Source: an uncultured Candidatus Binatia bacterium
GTDB taxonomy: Bacteria > Desulfobacterota > Binatia > UBA9968 > JAJDTQ01
DNA length: 64,000 nt
Reading direction: 5' to 3'
NCBI GenBank assembly: GCA_965213675.1
Contig: OZ243916.1
Coordinates: 2,496,001 to 2,560,000 of the forward strand
Below are positions 1 to 8,696 of the stretch, piece after piece. The position numbers and the translations under genes are program-made. Position 1 is the first letter of the stretch; the number at the start of each line of letters is the position of its first letter. The notes under the pieces were generated by a model. The model did not search any database. It saw only the letters and a list, made by a program, of their open reading frames with translations, and was not told where the DNA came from.

Positions 1-218
1 CAGAAGCTAGTGTGGTGAACTCCATGGCACAGCACGCGAAAGGCTCTCGGGCCGAAATCATCGCTGGTTGCAGCGACATCGAGGAATTCGTACCGTTGAG
101 CTTCGAAGAACAGTATACTCTGGGTCGTGTGCCGGTCATTGCCCACGAAGGGCCGACCGTCACGGACCCGGAACCGGTGGCGGAGGCGCGCGTTGCCGGC
201 AACCCTGTGACTGCGTAA
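1..218 (+). CDS. 3' end of a gene that starts before the window; product not identifiable
   Basis: Frame open from the window start to TAA at 216-218, co-oriented with the downstream SDR. Confidence 0.5.
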   Translation, partial: EASVVNSMAQHAKGSRAEIIAGCSDIEEFVPLSFEEQYTLGRVPVIAHEGPTVTDPEPVAEARVAGNPVTA

Positions 219-302
219 TGGGCCGCAACCATCGGCGGGACACGAAACGAACCCTGTTCTACATTTCTACATGACAATGTCTTGCAGCAAGGAGGATCCA
301 TC

Positions 303-1061
303 ATGCGTTTGGACGGTAAGGTAGCAATCGTGACGGGCGGCGGCATCGGCATCGGCCGAGCCTATTCCAAGGGGCTCGCGCGGGAGGGCGCCAAGGTCGC
401 CGTGGCCGACATCCAGGTGGAGGCCGCCACCCAGGTGGCCGAGGAGATCAAGAAGGACGGCGGCGAGGCCATCCCCGTGGCGGTGGACGTGGCGTCGCCG
501 GAAAAGACCCGCCAGATGGCGGACGCGGTGCTGAAGGAATACGGCCGCATCGACGTATTGGTAAACAACGCGGGCCTCTATACCGCGCTCACGAAGAAGT
601 CTTTCATGGAGATCCCCGAGGACGAATGGGACAGGGTCATGGCGGTCAACGTCAAGGGCCTGTTCCTGTGCGTTCAGGCGGTATACCCGGCCATGAAGGA
701 GCAGGGCAAAGGCAAGATCGTCAACATCTCCTCGGGAACCATCCTGGGCGGGACGCCGATGTTCCTGCACTATGTGTCGTCCAAGGCGGGCGTGCTCGGC
801 TTCACCCGGGCACTGGCGCGGGAGATCGGCCCCGACGGCATCAACGTCAACGCTATCATGCCCGGCCTCACCATCTCGGGCGACAACCAGGACGGCGTCA
901 CTACCCCCCAGCAACTGGAGAACCGGCGCAAGAGCCGCGCGTTTCAGCGCGATCAGTACCCGGACGACCTGGTGGGAACGGTGATCTTCCTGTCCTCCGA
1001 CGACAGCGACTTCGTCACCGGCCAGTCCATCAGCGTGGACGGCGGTCAGCACATGCACTGA
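303..1061 (+). CDS. SDR family NAD(P)-dependent oxidoreductase
   Basis: TGGGIGIG Rossmann motif, NNAG, YVSSK catalytic motif; GGAGG RBS before ATG 303. Confidence 0.95.
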   Translation: MRLDGKVAIVTGGGIGIGRAYSKGLAREGAKVAVADIQVEAATQVAEEIKKDGGEAIPVAVDVASPEKTRQMADAVLKEYGRIDVLVNNAGLYTALTKKSFMEIPEDEWDRVMAVNVKGLFLCVQAVYPAMKEQGKGKIVNISSGTILGGTPMFLHYVSSKAGVLGFTRALAREIGPDGINVNAIMPGLTISGDNQDGVTTPQQLENRRKSRAFQRDQYPDDLVGTVIFLSSDDSDFVTGQSISVDGGQHMH

Positions 1062-1086
1062 CGCCGGCGCCCATGCGACATGACAC

Positions 1087-2427
1087 GTGGATTTCGAATT
1101 CATCCCACCCGCCTTCTCCTCCGTCATGAGCGGCCTCGAACTGGCAGAGTACCGCGTGCGCGAGATCCGGTTGGGACGCGAGACGCGCTTTTCCTCCGGT
1201 GTGCTGGAGGTGGACGCCGAAGGTCTCGCGGCCCTGGCGGAGCAGGACCCGCGGGTGCGTTCCGCGCGCTTCGACGTGGTGCGCCCGGGGGAGAAGGCGC
1301 GGGTGACGGGCATTCGCGACGTAGTGGAACCGCGCATCAAGACCGCGGGCTCGGGACAGGTATTTCCAGGAATCCTCGGGCCGGTGGCGCCGGTGGGCGC
1401 CGGCCGCACCCACCGGCTCTCGGGCATGGCGCTGGCCACGAGCGCGGCCTACGAGGGCACCGTCCGCACTGGCACCACCTCACAGCGGAGCGCCATCCTC
1501 GACATGTGGGGACCCGGCGCCGACATGACCCCGTTCGCCTCGTTGATGAACCTCGTCATGACCCTGGAACTGGAAGACGGACTGCCCGCCTTCGAGGCCC
1601 ACCAAGCCATCCAGCGCGCCCAATTCGGCACGGCGCTGAAGGTCGCCGAAACCACCGCCGGGATCGCGCCCGACAACGTGGAGTTGTTCGACCCGGATAC
1701 CGGCGGTGACGACCTGCCCCGCGCGGTCGTCATCATCGGCTGTTTCACCGAGGCGCAGCACCGACCATCCAATGTCTCCTACTACGGCCTCCACATTCAG
1801 GAGTCCCTGTCCACCGTCATCCACCCCAACGAACTCATCGACGGCGCCATCGCCCCCGGCGCCATCCGCACCGTGAGCTATCATCCCATCACCTGGAACT
1901 GGCAGAACCAGCCCTTGGTGCTGGCGCTGCTCAGGGACAAGCGCTTCCGCTGCGCCGGGGTCATCATCGAGCGCATCGGCTTCGAAACCGCCCAGGAAAA
2001 GAAGATCGCCGCCAACAACGCCGTAGGCCTGGCCGCCTCCCTTGGCGCCGATGCGGCCTTGATCACGCGCACGGGGTCGGGCAATGCCTTCATCGATGTG
2101 ATGCTGACCGTGAAAGGCTGCGAGGAGAGAGGCATCAAGACCGTCCTCGTCACCTACGAGTACGGCGGCAAGGACGGCGCCGACGCGCCGTTGCTGTATT
2201 ACGAAGAGGCCGCCGACGCCGCCATCAGCACCGGCAACCGCGACATCGAGGTGGAACTGCCCGCGCCCGACCGCGTCGTCGGCGCCTACGAACGGCTCCA
2301 GCTCATCAACTATCCCGGCGCGCCCTACGTAGCAGCCGGCGACCCTTTGGTGCTGGAGGCCCGCGACGTCATCGCCGGCGGCATCGACATCTGGGGCGGA
2401 CGCGACCGGCTCTGCCGGCCGTACTGA
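1087..2427 (+). CDS. Glycine/sarcosine/betaine reductase component B (GrdE/PrdA-like) family protein
   Basis: RPGEKARVTGIRDVVEPRIK, GRTHRLSG, HPNELIDGAI, GIKTV, AAISTGN resemble GrdE-family motifs. Confidence 0.8.
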   Translation: MDFEFIPPAFSSVMSGLELAEYRVREIRLGRETRFSSGVLEVDAEGLAALAEQDPRVRSARFDVVRPGEKARVTGIRDVVEPRIKTAGSGQVFPGILGPVAPVGAGRTHRLSGMALATSAAYEGTVRTGTTSQRSAILDMWGPGADMTPFASLMNLVMTLELEDGLPAFEAHQAIQRAQFGTALKVAETTAGIAPDNVELFDPDTGGDDLPRAVVIIGCFTEAQHRPSNVSYYGLHIQESLSTVIHPNELIDGAIAPGAIRTVSYHPITWNWQNQPLVLALLRDKRFRCAGVIIERIGFETAQEKKIAANNAVGLAASLGADAALITRTGSGNAFIDVMLTVKGCEERGIKTVLVTYEYGGKDGADAPLLYYEEAADAAISTGNRDIEVELPAPDRVVGAYERLQLINYPGAPYVAAGDPLVLEARDVIAGGIDIWGGRDRLCRPY

Positions 2428-2500
2428 CGTCCCGTACCCAAACCCCGTATCCTCATCCCCGCGAAACGAGAAGACGATACGCAGCCGGGGGGTTGAGACC

Positions 2501-3571
2501 CTACTCCGGATACAGCGGCGCCTTGTACACCGTTCCCGGCACCACGACGCCGCCGGCCGGCCGTTCCCCTTCCGTCAGGTGGGCGAAGCGGTCGCTGAAC
2601 GCCGACGGAAGCGGCCGCCCTCCGGGTGTGCCGAGCCAGAGGCGCAGGAGATTGCGGCGTCGCTCGGGCTCAGGATAGTCCTCGAACTCGGTGCGCGAGT
2701 GGGCGGTGACGTGGTTGTGCAATATCTGCACGTCGCCCTGCAGGAACTCCATGTCATAGGACAACTCGTCGCACAGATCGGCAAAGAGGGTCAGCGCCTC
2801 CTTGAGTTCCTCGGTGTGGCGCGGCAACTGCTCGAACCGCTGGGCCGAGCGGATATAGGTGCCGCCGGCGCTCACGGTCAGATAGTCTTCGTAGAAGTTG
2901 AAAGTGGCGAGCTGCCACCAGGGGTCCTTGCCCTCGGGGACTTCGCCGCGGCGGTCACGGTAGATGGGAGCGGCCAGCTCCGCCACCAGCTCGGGGCGGC
3001 GCTTGAGCATCTCGTTGTACACGTTGAGAGTGCTCGTGAACCGGCTGCTGCCGCCGGACTTGGCGGGGTGCAGGCACATCAGCACCACCAAGTCGCAGGC
3101 ATCGCAGTGAAAGGGCAGCATGTCGTGGGTCTGGTAGCCGCGATGCTTGGGGTTCTTGAGGGTGCCGCCGAGATCGGCCACGTGGCCCAGGAGGTGTCCC
3201 TTGGAGTTCTGGGACACGGGCTCGCCCATGAACAAGCCGATTCCCCAGAAGGCGATGGCGGCCTGTAGGCGGCTGTAGCGATGCACCGGAACCCCGCGGA
3301 TGAGCGACAAGCCGCGACCGCCGACAACATCCGAGGCGATCTCGTCGAGCCGGTCGCCCAGGGTCGAAAGCACGAAGTCGTCCCGGGTGATGTCCAGGAT
3401 GTCGAGCCCGCGTTGCTCCACCCGCGCCACGGCCGCGTCGAGCTCCGCGATCTCGCTCTCGGTCAGCGGATGTATCCAGCTCTGGTCCGAGGCCAGGTCT
3501 GCCGCGGTCCAGGCCGCGGGGTCCACCACGGGCTGGTTCAGCACGGCCGGTTCTCTGATGACATTCAGCAT
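2501..3571 (-). CDS. TauD/TfdA family Fe(II)/2-oxoglutarate dioxygenase
   Basis: FHCD (HxD) and distal HNHVTAHSR...RNLLRLW; GGAGG RBS before ATG 3571. Confidence 0.9.
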   Translation of the reverse strand: MLNVIREPAVLNQPVVDPAAWTAADLASDQSWIHPLTESEIAELDAAVARVEQRGLDILDITRDDFVLSTLGDRLDEIASDVVGGRGLSLIRGVPVHRYSRLQAAIAFWGIGLFMGEPVSQNSKGHLLGHVADLGGTLKNPKHRGYQTHDMLPFHCDACDLVVLMCLHPAKSGGSSRFTSTLNVYNEMLKRRPELVAELAAPIYRDRRGEVPEGKDPWWQLATFNFYEDYLTVSAGGTYIRSAQRFEQLPRHTEELKEALTLFADLCDELSYDMEFLQGDVQILHNHVTAHSRTEFEDYPEPERRRNLLRLWLGTPGGRPLPSAFSDRFAHLTEGERPAGGVVVPGTVYKAPLYPE

Positions 3572-3605
3572 GGGTCTTCCTCCGAACTTCGCCCGGAATT
3601 CTATC

Positions 3606-5753
3606 TCACAGGTTCTCGACCTTGGCGATGCGGCACGGCAGCCCGCGCGTGTCCGCGGAACCGGTAACCGGATCCCACGGGCCATCGTAGCGCATGGCCG
3701 CGTTGATGTTGACTTCCAACGCGCCCCGGTGGGGAGCCTCCGCTTCCGGGTACCACCAGCCCATGCCGGTGCGCGCCACCCCGGGCAGGGTCGCGTTCGT
3801 GACGCGGACCTTCAGGCGGCAACGGCCCGGTCCATCAGCGGTTTCTACCCACACCCAGTCGTCGTGGGCCAACCGGTATTGCGTGGCCGTCTCCGGATGC
3901 AATTGCAGCCACGGCTCCGGCGAGACCTTGCGCGCCCAGCCTTGGTCGCGAAAACGCGAATGGTGGTAGGTGCGCTCCCGCACCCCGGTGAGCAAGGTCA
4001 GCGGGTAGGAGTCGCGCACCGCGGGCGTCTCGCGCTCGGTGCGGGTGGGCGTGTAGTCCGGGAGCGGGTCCAGCCCCAACTCGGCGAGGCGCTCGGAATA
4101 GAGCTCTACCTTGCCCGTCCTGGTCTTGAAGCCGCTTTTCTCGAAGTCGCCGCAGGTGAACGGGAAGTTGGCGTAACCCTTCTCGCGCAACTGCTCCATG
4201 GTGATCCCGCAGTCCCCCAACAGGAACTCGTTGAACTCGCGCTTGGTCTCCCACGGGATGAAGCGTCGCGCTTCGGTGACGCCCCGGGCTTCGATGCGCC
4301 GGGCCAAGTCATGGGCGATGCGGAAGTCGCCGCGCGCCTCGCCCAAAGGCTCCACCGCCGGTTGAATCAGGCTCAGACACGGACCCGACCCCTCCAGCGA
4401 CACCTCCTCATCCTCCAGGCCGGTGGTCTTGGGCAGCACGATGTCCGCGAACTCGGCCGTGGGATTCATCATGTGGGTGGCCACCGCCAGAAAGTCCAGA
4501 GACTTGAGCGCGGCCAGAGTCTTGGGCGTGTCGGGATACGTCACCACAATGTTCACACCACTGACGTACAGGGCGCGCACCGGGTAGGGTTTGCCGCTGA
4601 GCACCGCCTCGATTACCGATGGGTTGTGGCACGCGGTCTGCCATCCCTGCGGCCCCGCCCACAGCGGGAACCGTTCCGCGCCGATGGTGCGCTGTTCCAC
4701 CTCCAGCGGCAGCCGGAACTCGGGCTTGTGCAGCACCTCGATGTAGTTGGTGAACCCCGCGGGCTTCTTCACGCGCCGGTTGCCGCCCTCACGGTCCAGG
4801 TTTCCGCTGATGGCCACCAAGCAATGGAAAGCACGGAAGGTCTGGACTCCGGCGCTGAAAGCGTCGATGCCGTGCCCGCTCACAAAGCAGGACGGGCCGG
4901 CGGCGTAGTACTCCGCTGCCTTCTCGATGTCCTCCCGCGGCACCCCGGTCAACTCCGCGGCGCGTCCAGCGGGATACTGCGCCGCCCGCTCCGCGAGCGT
5001 GTCGAAGCCGTGGCACCAACGCTCCACGAACTCACGGTCGTAGCGGTCGTGCTCCACCAGCCAGTGGATCATCGCCAGGCCGATGGCCGCATCCGTACCC
5101 GGCCGCGGCCGCAGCCAGAGGTCGGCCATGCCGGCTGCGGGAGTTTCGCCCGGATCGATGACGACAACGCTCGCGCCCTTCGCCTTGGCGCGCTTGAGCG
5201 CCTGCCACTGCGGCGGGTCCGCCGCATACGGATTCCGCCCCACGACGAGCGCGCACCGGGTATTGTCGATGTCCTCGCCCTTGCTGATGGCCAGCCCCGT
5301 GATCCGGTCGCTCAGCGCCCGGCACCCGCCGCAAAGGTCCTGGTTCATCATCCAGTTGGGCGACCCGAACGCCCGCAAAAGCAGCGCCAGCATCACCCCC
5401 CGACTGAAATGCGCGTTGCTCACCGCCCCGCACAGCGCCGACGCGCCGTACTTCTCCCGCACCGCCAGCATCGCCTCCGCCATCTCATCCAGCGCCTCGT
5501 CCCACGACACCCGCCGCCACCGTCCCCCACCCCGCGGCCCGGTGCGCTTCATCGGGTAGAGCACCCGGTCCGGATGATAGGTCAACTCCGGCAACCCCCG
5601 TATCCCCTTCACGCAGAACGCCCCCAGCGACGCCGGATGCTCCGGGTACGGCGACACCTTGGTCACCCGCCCGTCCTCGACGGTCACCAGCGACCCGCAA
5701 TGGGCACTGCATTCCCAGCAGGTGCTGGGGAGGGTGGATTGGGTGGCATTCAT
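3606..5753 (-). CDS. Molybdopterin (bis-MGD) oxidoreductase with N-terminal 4Fe-4S cluster
   Basis: CWECSAHC...FCVKG Fe-S motif, PRPGTDAA, ADIVLP, C-terminal HHSRFR/LHPETA MGD-binding domain. Confidence 0.92.
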   Translation of the reverse strand: MNATQSTLPSTCWECSAHCGSLVTVEDGRVTKVSPYPEHPASLGAFCVKGIRGLPELTYHPDRVLYPMKRTGPRGGGRWRRVSWDEALDEMAEAMLAVREKYGASALCGAVSNAHFSRGVMLALLLRAFGSPNWMMNQDLCGGCRALSDRITGLAISKGEDIDNTRCALVVGRNPYAADPPQWQALKRAKAKGASVVVIDPGETPAAGMADLWLRPRPGTDAAIGLAMIHWLVEHDRYDREFVERWCHGFDTLAERAAQYPAGRAAELTGVPREDIEKAAEYYAAGPSCFVSGHGIDAFSAGVQTFRAFHCLVAISGNLDREGGNRRVKKPAGFTNYIEVLHKPEFRLPLEVEQRTIGAERFPLWAGPQGWQTACHNPSVIEAVLSGKPYPVRALYVSGVNIVVTYPDTPKTLAALKSLDFLAVATHMMNPTAEFADIVLPKTTGLEDEEVSLEGSGPCLSLIQPAVEPLGEARGDFRIAHDLARRIEARGVTEARRFIPWETKREFNEFLLGDCGITMEQLREKGYANFPFTCGDFEKSGFKTRTGKVELYSERLAELGLDPLPDYTPTRTERETPAVRDSYPLTLLTGVRERTYHHSRFRDQGWARKVSPEPWLQLHPETATQYRLAHDDWVWVETADGPGRCRLKVRVTNATLPGVARTGMGWWYPEAEAPHRGALEVNINAAMRYDGPWDPVTGSADTRGLPCRIAKVENL

Positions 5754-5805
5754 AGCGTGACCAGTCCTGGAGAAACGTCAACCTGCTCTGAGGAGTTACA
5801 TTCTG

Positions 5806-6921
5806 CTAGAGCGTGACGACCACGTCCCGTCCGAAAATTAACCCTGCGGCTTCTGTCGCAGCCTTGATAAGGCTCATCTTCAGTCGATTATTGATGTGCG
5901 TTCCGACAAACCAGTTGCCAGGCAGCCTTTCATGCTGATCCTGAAAGTCCGGTCGCCCAGGATACAAGTCTTCGATGCGTTGAGCGATATAGTGACGTTT
6001 CCGGCCGTGGAAGGCTTGATGTTGAGAACAACGCTCGAGGAGGCCTGAGTCCTTCTTGGCAAGTTCGCTCAAGATAAGGATCATGGCCTCCTTGGCGTTT
6101 CTATAGGGTCTATTTTCCCCTAGAATGATCACCATGCCGTCGGTTGGCGAAATCGGTGTGCTCCGCTCCTCCATCGTCTGTGCCGACTGAGAACGGACTT
6201 TCCCGGAAGTCGTTTTTCGGCCAGGCGATGGCGACGAGTCTGGTTTGGATTCCAACGGAACAAGCCGGGCCAGGAAGTCGACAATGTCTTCGTTATCGGG
6301 TCGAACTCCTACCTTTGACTCGACAGCGTCCACAAGCAAATCCTTCAGCAACTCATCGCCTCTTTCGACGAGTTCCCTCCAGGCTTCGGGGATTGCTTGG
6401 CGTGCGCGCAACCGGCGATTCTTATCTCGATACTCCTTGCGAGCCTCATCCAGGGACCTCCCGGAAACGACTCTGTCGCGCTGAAGATAACGCTGCAGGA
6501 TCTGGACTGCTTCGTCGTTGGTCCGCTCGAACAGATCGAGCTTGAAGACGCGTCGTTCTTCATAGCTCCCCTGTTCAGCCGGTAGGTAAAAACTCCACGT
6601 CTGTCCATCTGTCAGGACGACAAATGGAACGCCGGAATGGAAGGCGTATTCCAACGCCTGTCGAACCCCGTCTTCTGCCTTGCCTTGTTGCTTCACTTCG
6701 ACAAAACATTTTGGCTTGGAGGGTGGGTCACAGAGTGCGAAATCGACCCTCCTCCCATCGCCCGTCGCAAACTCCGGCCAGACGATATTCGTGTCGTAGA
6801 CCTCCCAGTTCAGATCGTTCAGGATACGCAAGACGATCCCTTGAGAGATGGACTGCTCATTTGGGAAACGGCCGTCCCTGAGTTTCTGGCTAATATCCGT
6901 GAGCGTTGTTTGGAATTCCAT
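5806..6921 (-). CDS. PD-(D/E)xK restriction-endonuclease-like protein (HsdR N-terminal-like) with C-terminal SeqA-like domain
   Basis: NEQ...WPEF...RVDFAL...FVEVKQ...QALEYAF...LTDGQTWSFY; lower GC than neighbours. Confidence 0.8.
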   Translation of the reverse strand: MEFQTTLTDISQKLRDGRFPNEQSISQGIVLRILNDLNWEVYDTNIVWPEFATGDGRRVDFALCDPPSKPKCFVEVKQQGKAEDGVRQALEYAFHSGVPFVVLTDGQTWSFYLPAEQGSYEERRVFKLDLFERTNDEAVQILQRYLQRDRVVSGRSLDEARKEYRDKNRRLRARQAIPEAWRELVERGDELLKDLLVDAVESKVGVRPDNEDIVDFLARLVPLESKPDSSPSPGRKTTSGKVRSQSAQTMEERSTPISPTDGMVIILGENRPYRNAKEAMILILSELAKKDSGLLERCSQHQAFHGRKRHYIAQRIEDLYPGRPDFQDQHERLPGNWFVGTHINNRLKMSLIKAATEAAGLIFGRDVVVTL

Positions 6922-7127
6922 GATCCTTTGAATGACGGCTTGGTCGTCTTGCAATGGTTCGCGTTCGTTTCGCCAGCGTTGGGCCAATGCTAGTCCATGT
7001 CGTTCCCCCATTCAAGCTCGTATGCGCATCGCAGAGCCACCGTCCGAGCCAGACACCACGAAGTAGGGTCTATCGGTGTCACCGTTGGCCGGTGTACGGG
7101 TCTCCGCCGCTCAACGACTATTGGCGC

Positions 7128-7156
7128 TTGACACTAATAGCACGGCGCGCTATGTA
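7128..7156 (+). promoter_or_regulatory. Putative higBA promoter with overlapping palindromic operator
   Basis: TTGACA at 7128-7133, 17-bp spacer, TATGTA at 7151-7156; inverted repeat ATAGCAC-GGC-GCGCTAT at 7137-7153. Confidence 0.6.
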
Positions 7157-7161
7157 GTCCT

Positions 7162-7443
7162 GTAATCAAGAGTTTTCGCGACAAGGACACCCAAGCTATT
7201 GCAGGGCGGCGCCGGGTAGCCAGATTACCCTCGCGAATTCAGCGACGGGCGCAACAAAAACTCATGATCCTCAACAACGTGCGGGGCTTGAACGATCTTC
7301 GGGTGCCTCCCGGCAATCGGTCGGAGGCGCTCGCCGGCGATCGGAAGGTCCAGTACAGCATCCGTGTCAACGATCAATGGCGCCTGTGCTTTGTCTGGCG
7401 ACACGACGATGCCTATCGTGTGGAGTTGGTCGATTACCATTGA
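7162..7443 (+). pseudogene. higB: HigB (RelE-family) toxin with GTA in place of a start codon; not in the ORF track
   Basis: Reads (V)IKSFRDKDT...DLRVPPGNRSEAL.GDRKVQYSIRVNDQWRLCFVW...VELVDYH*; first codon GTA, in-frame TAG at 7138-7140 upstream. Confidence 0.85.
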
Positions 7444-7461
7444 CAGCGAGAGGCGAAAGCG

Positions 7462-7803
7462 ATGACCCGATCTCACAGGCCGCACCAAACGAAGCTCCCC
7501 CCTATTCATCCAGGGGAAATACTCAACGACGAATTTCTCCGTCCTTTGGGGATCACGCAGTACCGGCTCGCCAAGGGCATTGGCGTCGATGTTCGGCGGA
7601 TACATGCCATCGTTCATGGCCAGCGCTCCATTACGGCCGAGACGGCGCTGTTGTTGTCCCGATTCTTTCAGAACTCCGCGGAGTTCTGGATGGGGCTGCA
7701 GATTCAGTACGAACTTGAACTGGAGCAGGATCGACTTGCCGAGAAGCTGGCGCGGGTGGACCCGTATCCTCGCACCCAGGCTACACGGCCATCAGCAGAG
7801 TGA
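7462..7803 (+). CDS. higA: HigA family antitoxin (Xre HTH)
   Basis: PIHPGEIL.DEFL.PLGITQYRLAK...RSITAETAL...SAEFWMGLQ. Confidence 0.93.
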   Translation: MTRSHRPHQTKLPPIHPGEILNDEFLRPLGITQYRLAKGIGVDVRRIHAIVHGQRSITAETALLLSRFFQNSAEFWMGLQIQYELELEQDRLAEKLARVDPYPRTQATRPSAE

Positions 7804-7859
7804 GGCATGACGACCGGTGAACATCTTCCCGCGACGCCCGCGTTGGCCGGCGAACAAGT

Positions 7860-8014
7860 CGCAGAACTTCACCGGCGTGAGCACGCAGGGCGGCAAGGGC
7901 AACCAGGCGATACGTGAGTACATCGCGGCGGTCAGGAACCTTGAGCTTGCGGAGCAGGTCAAGGAAGATATCCTGGGGGGCACGGCCGCCCGGCTGCTGA
8001 AACTCGACGGCTGA
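7860..8014 (+). pseudogene. Isolated C-terminal fragment of an amidohydrolase-family gene
   Basis: QNFTGVST...EQVKEDILGGTAARLLKL resembles the ending of the amidohydrolase at 11128 (DDKEKILGGNAMRLF); no N-terminal part present. Confidence 0.6.
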
Positions 8015-8060
8015 AACCCCTGTCCGCCTAATTCCTGTCTGCCCAATGAACGGAGGTCCC

Positions 8061-8606
8061 ATGAAATACCTTGGACTCATTCTCTTGACCGTTCTCGTCG
8101 GCGCCCCTCTCGCCGGCCCCGCCGTAGCGGGCGAAACCGTGGAGGTCCTGCTGGTGGACCGCCTGGACGACCAGCGCGGCTTCTGCCTGGACATCCGCGG
8201 CTACAAGGAGCGCGCCAAGGTCGACAGGGGACTTCAGGCCCACAGTTGCTACAGCTATCAGGGCCAACTCGGCGTCGACCAGGGTTTCGACGGCGACGGC
8301 ATCAAGGCGGGGCGCTTCCACATGCCGGGGTTCGATGTTTGCATGACCGCGGGCGGGGCCGAGGCGGGGGCCGGGCTCGGGCTCGCCAAATGCGACGGCT
8401 CGCCGCCGCAGGGGTTCTCCATGACGTCCGAGGGTGCGATCATCGTCAAGAGCGCGCCCAAGCTGTGCGTGACGGTGGCGGGGGGCGAATCGAGGCAGGG
8501 AGGAGGCGGCCGGCCGCCGCATCTCATACGACGCCTGACCCTGGAGCCTTGTGACGAGAAAACCGCCAAGTACCAGCGGTGGCGGGTCCGCACCAAAGCG
8601 GACTAG
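8061..8606 (+). CDS. Secreted protein, probable ricin-B (beta-trefoil) lectin-like domain
   Basis: Signal peptide MKYLGLILLTVLVGAPLAGPAVA; repeated CLDI/CMTA/CVTV segments with QGF/QRW motifs and six Cys. Confidence 0.7.
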   Translation: MKYLGLILLTVLVGAPLAGPAVAGETVEVLLVDRLDDQRGFCLDIRGYKERAKVDRGLQAHSCYSYQGQLGVDQGFDGDGIKAGRFHMPGFDVCMTAGGAEAGAGLGLAKCDGSPPQGFSMTSEGAIIVKSAPKLCVTVAGGESRQGGGGRPPHLIRRLTLEPCDEKTAKYQRWRVRTKAD

Positions 8607-8618
8607 CAGCACAACGAC

Positions 8619-8645
8619 GAAGGGCGGGTTTCAAACCCGCCCTTC
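8619..8645. repeat. REP-like perfect palindrome between convergent genes
   Basis: GAAGGGCGGGTTT-C-AAACCCGCCCTTC; related hairpin at 27405-27433. Confidence 0.8.
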
Positions 8646-8696
8646 CCCTAACCGACACCAACCCCCGCCGCTGGGAGGGGGCGAACTCGTCGATCC

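Noticed and set aside
3606-5753. Acetylene hydratase assignment
   Set aside because: Fe-S motif is CWECSAHC, lacking the catalytic Asp that follows the second Cys in acetylene hydratase
3300-5816. 838-aa plus-strand ORF
   Set aside because: Antisense shadow of the Mo-oxidoreductase and TauD genes; stop-poor because of high GC, no motifs
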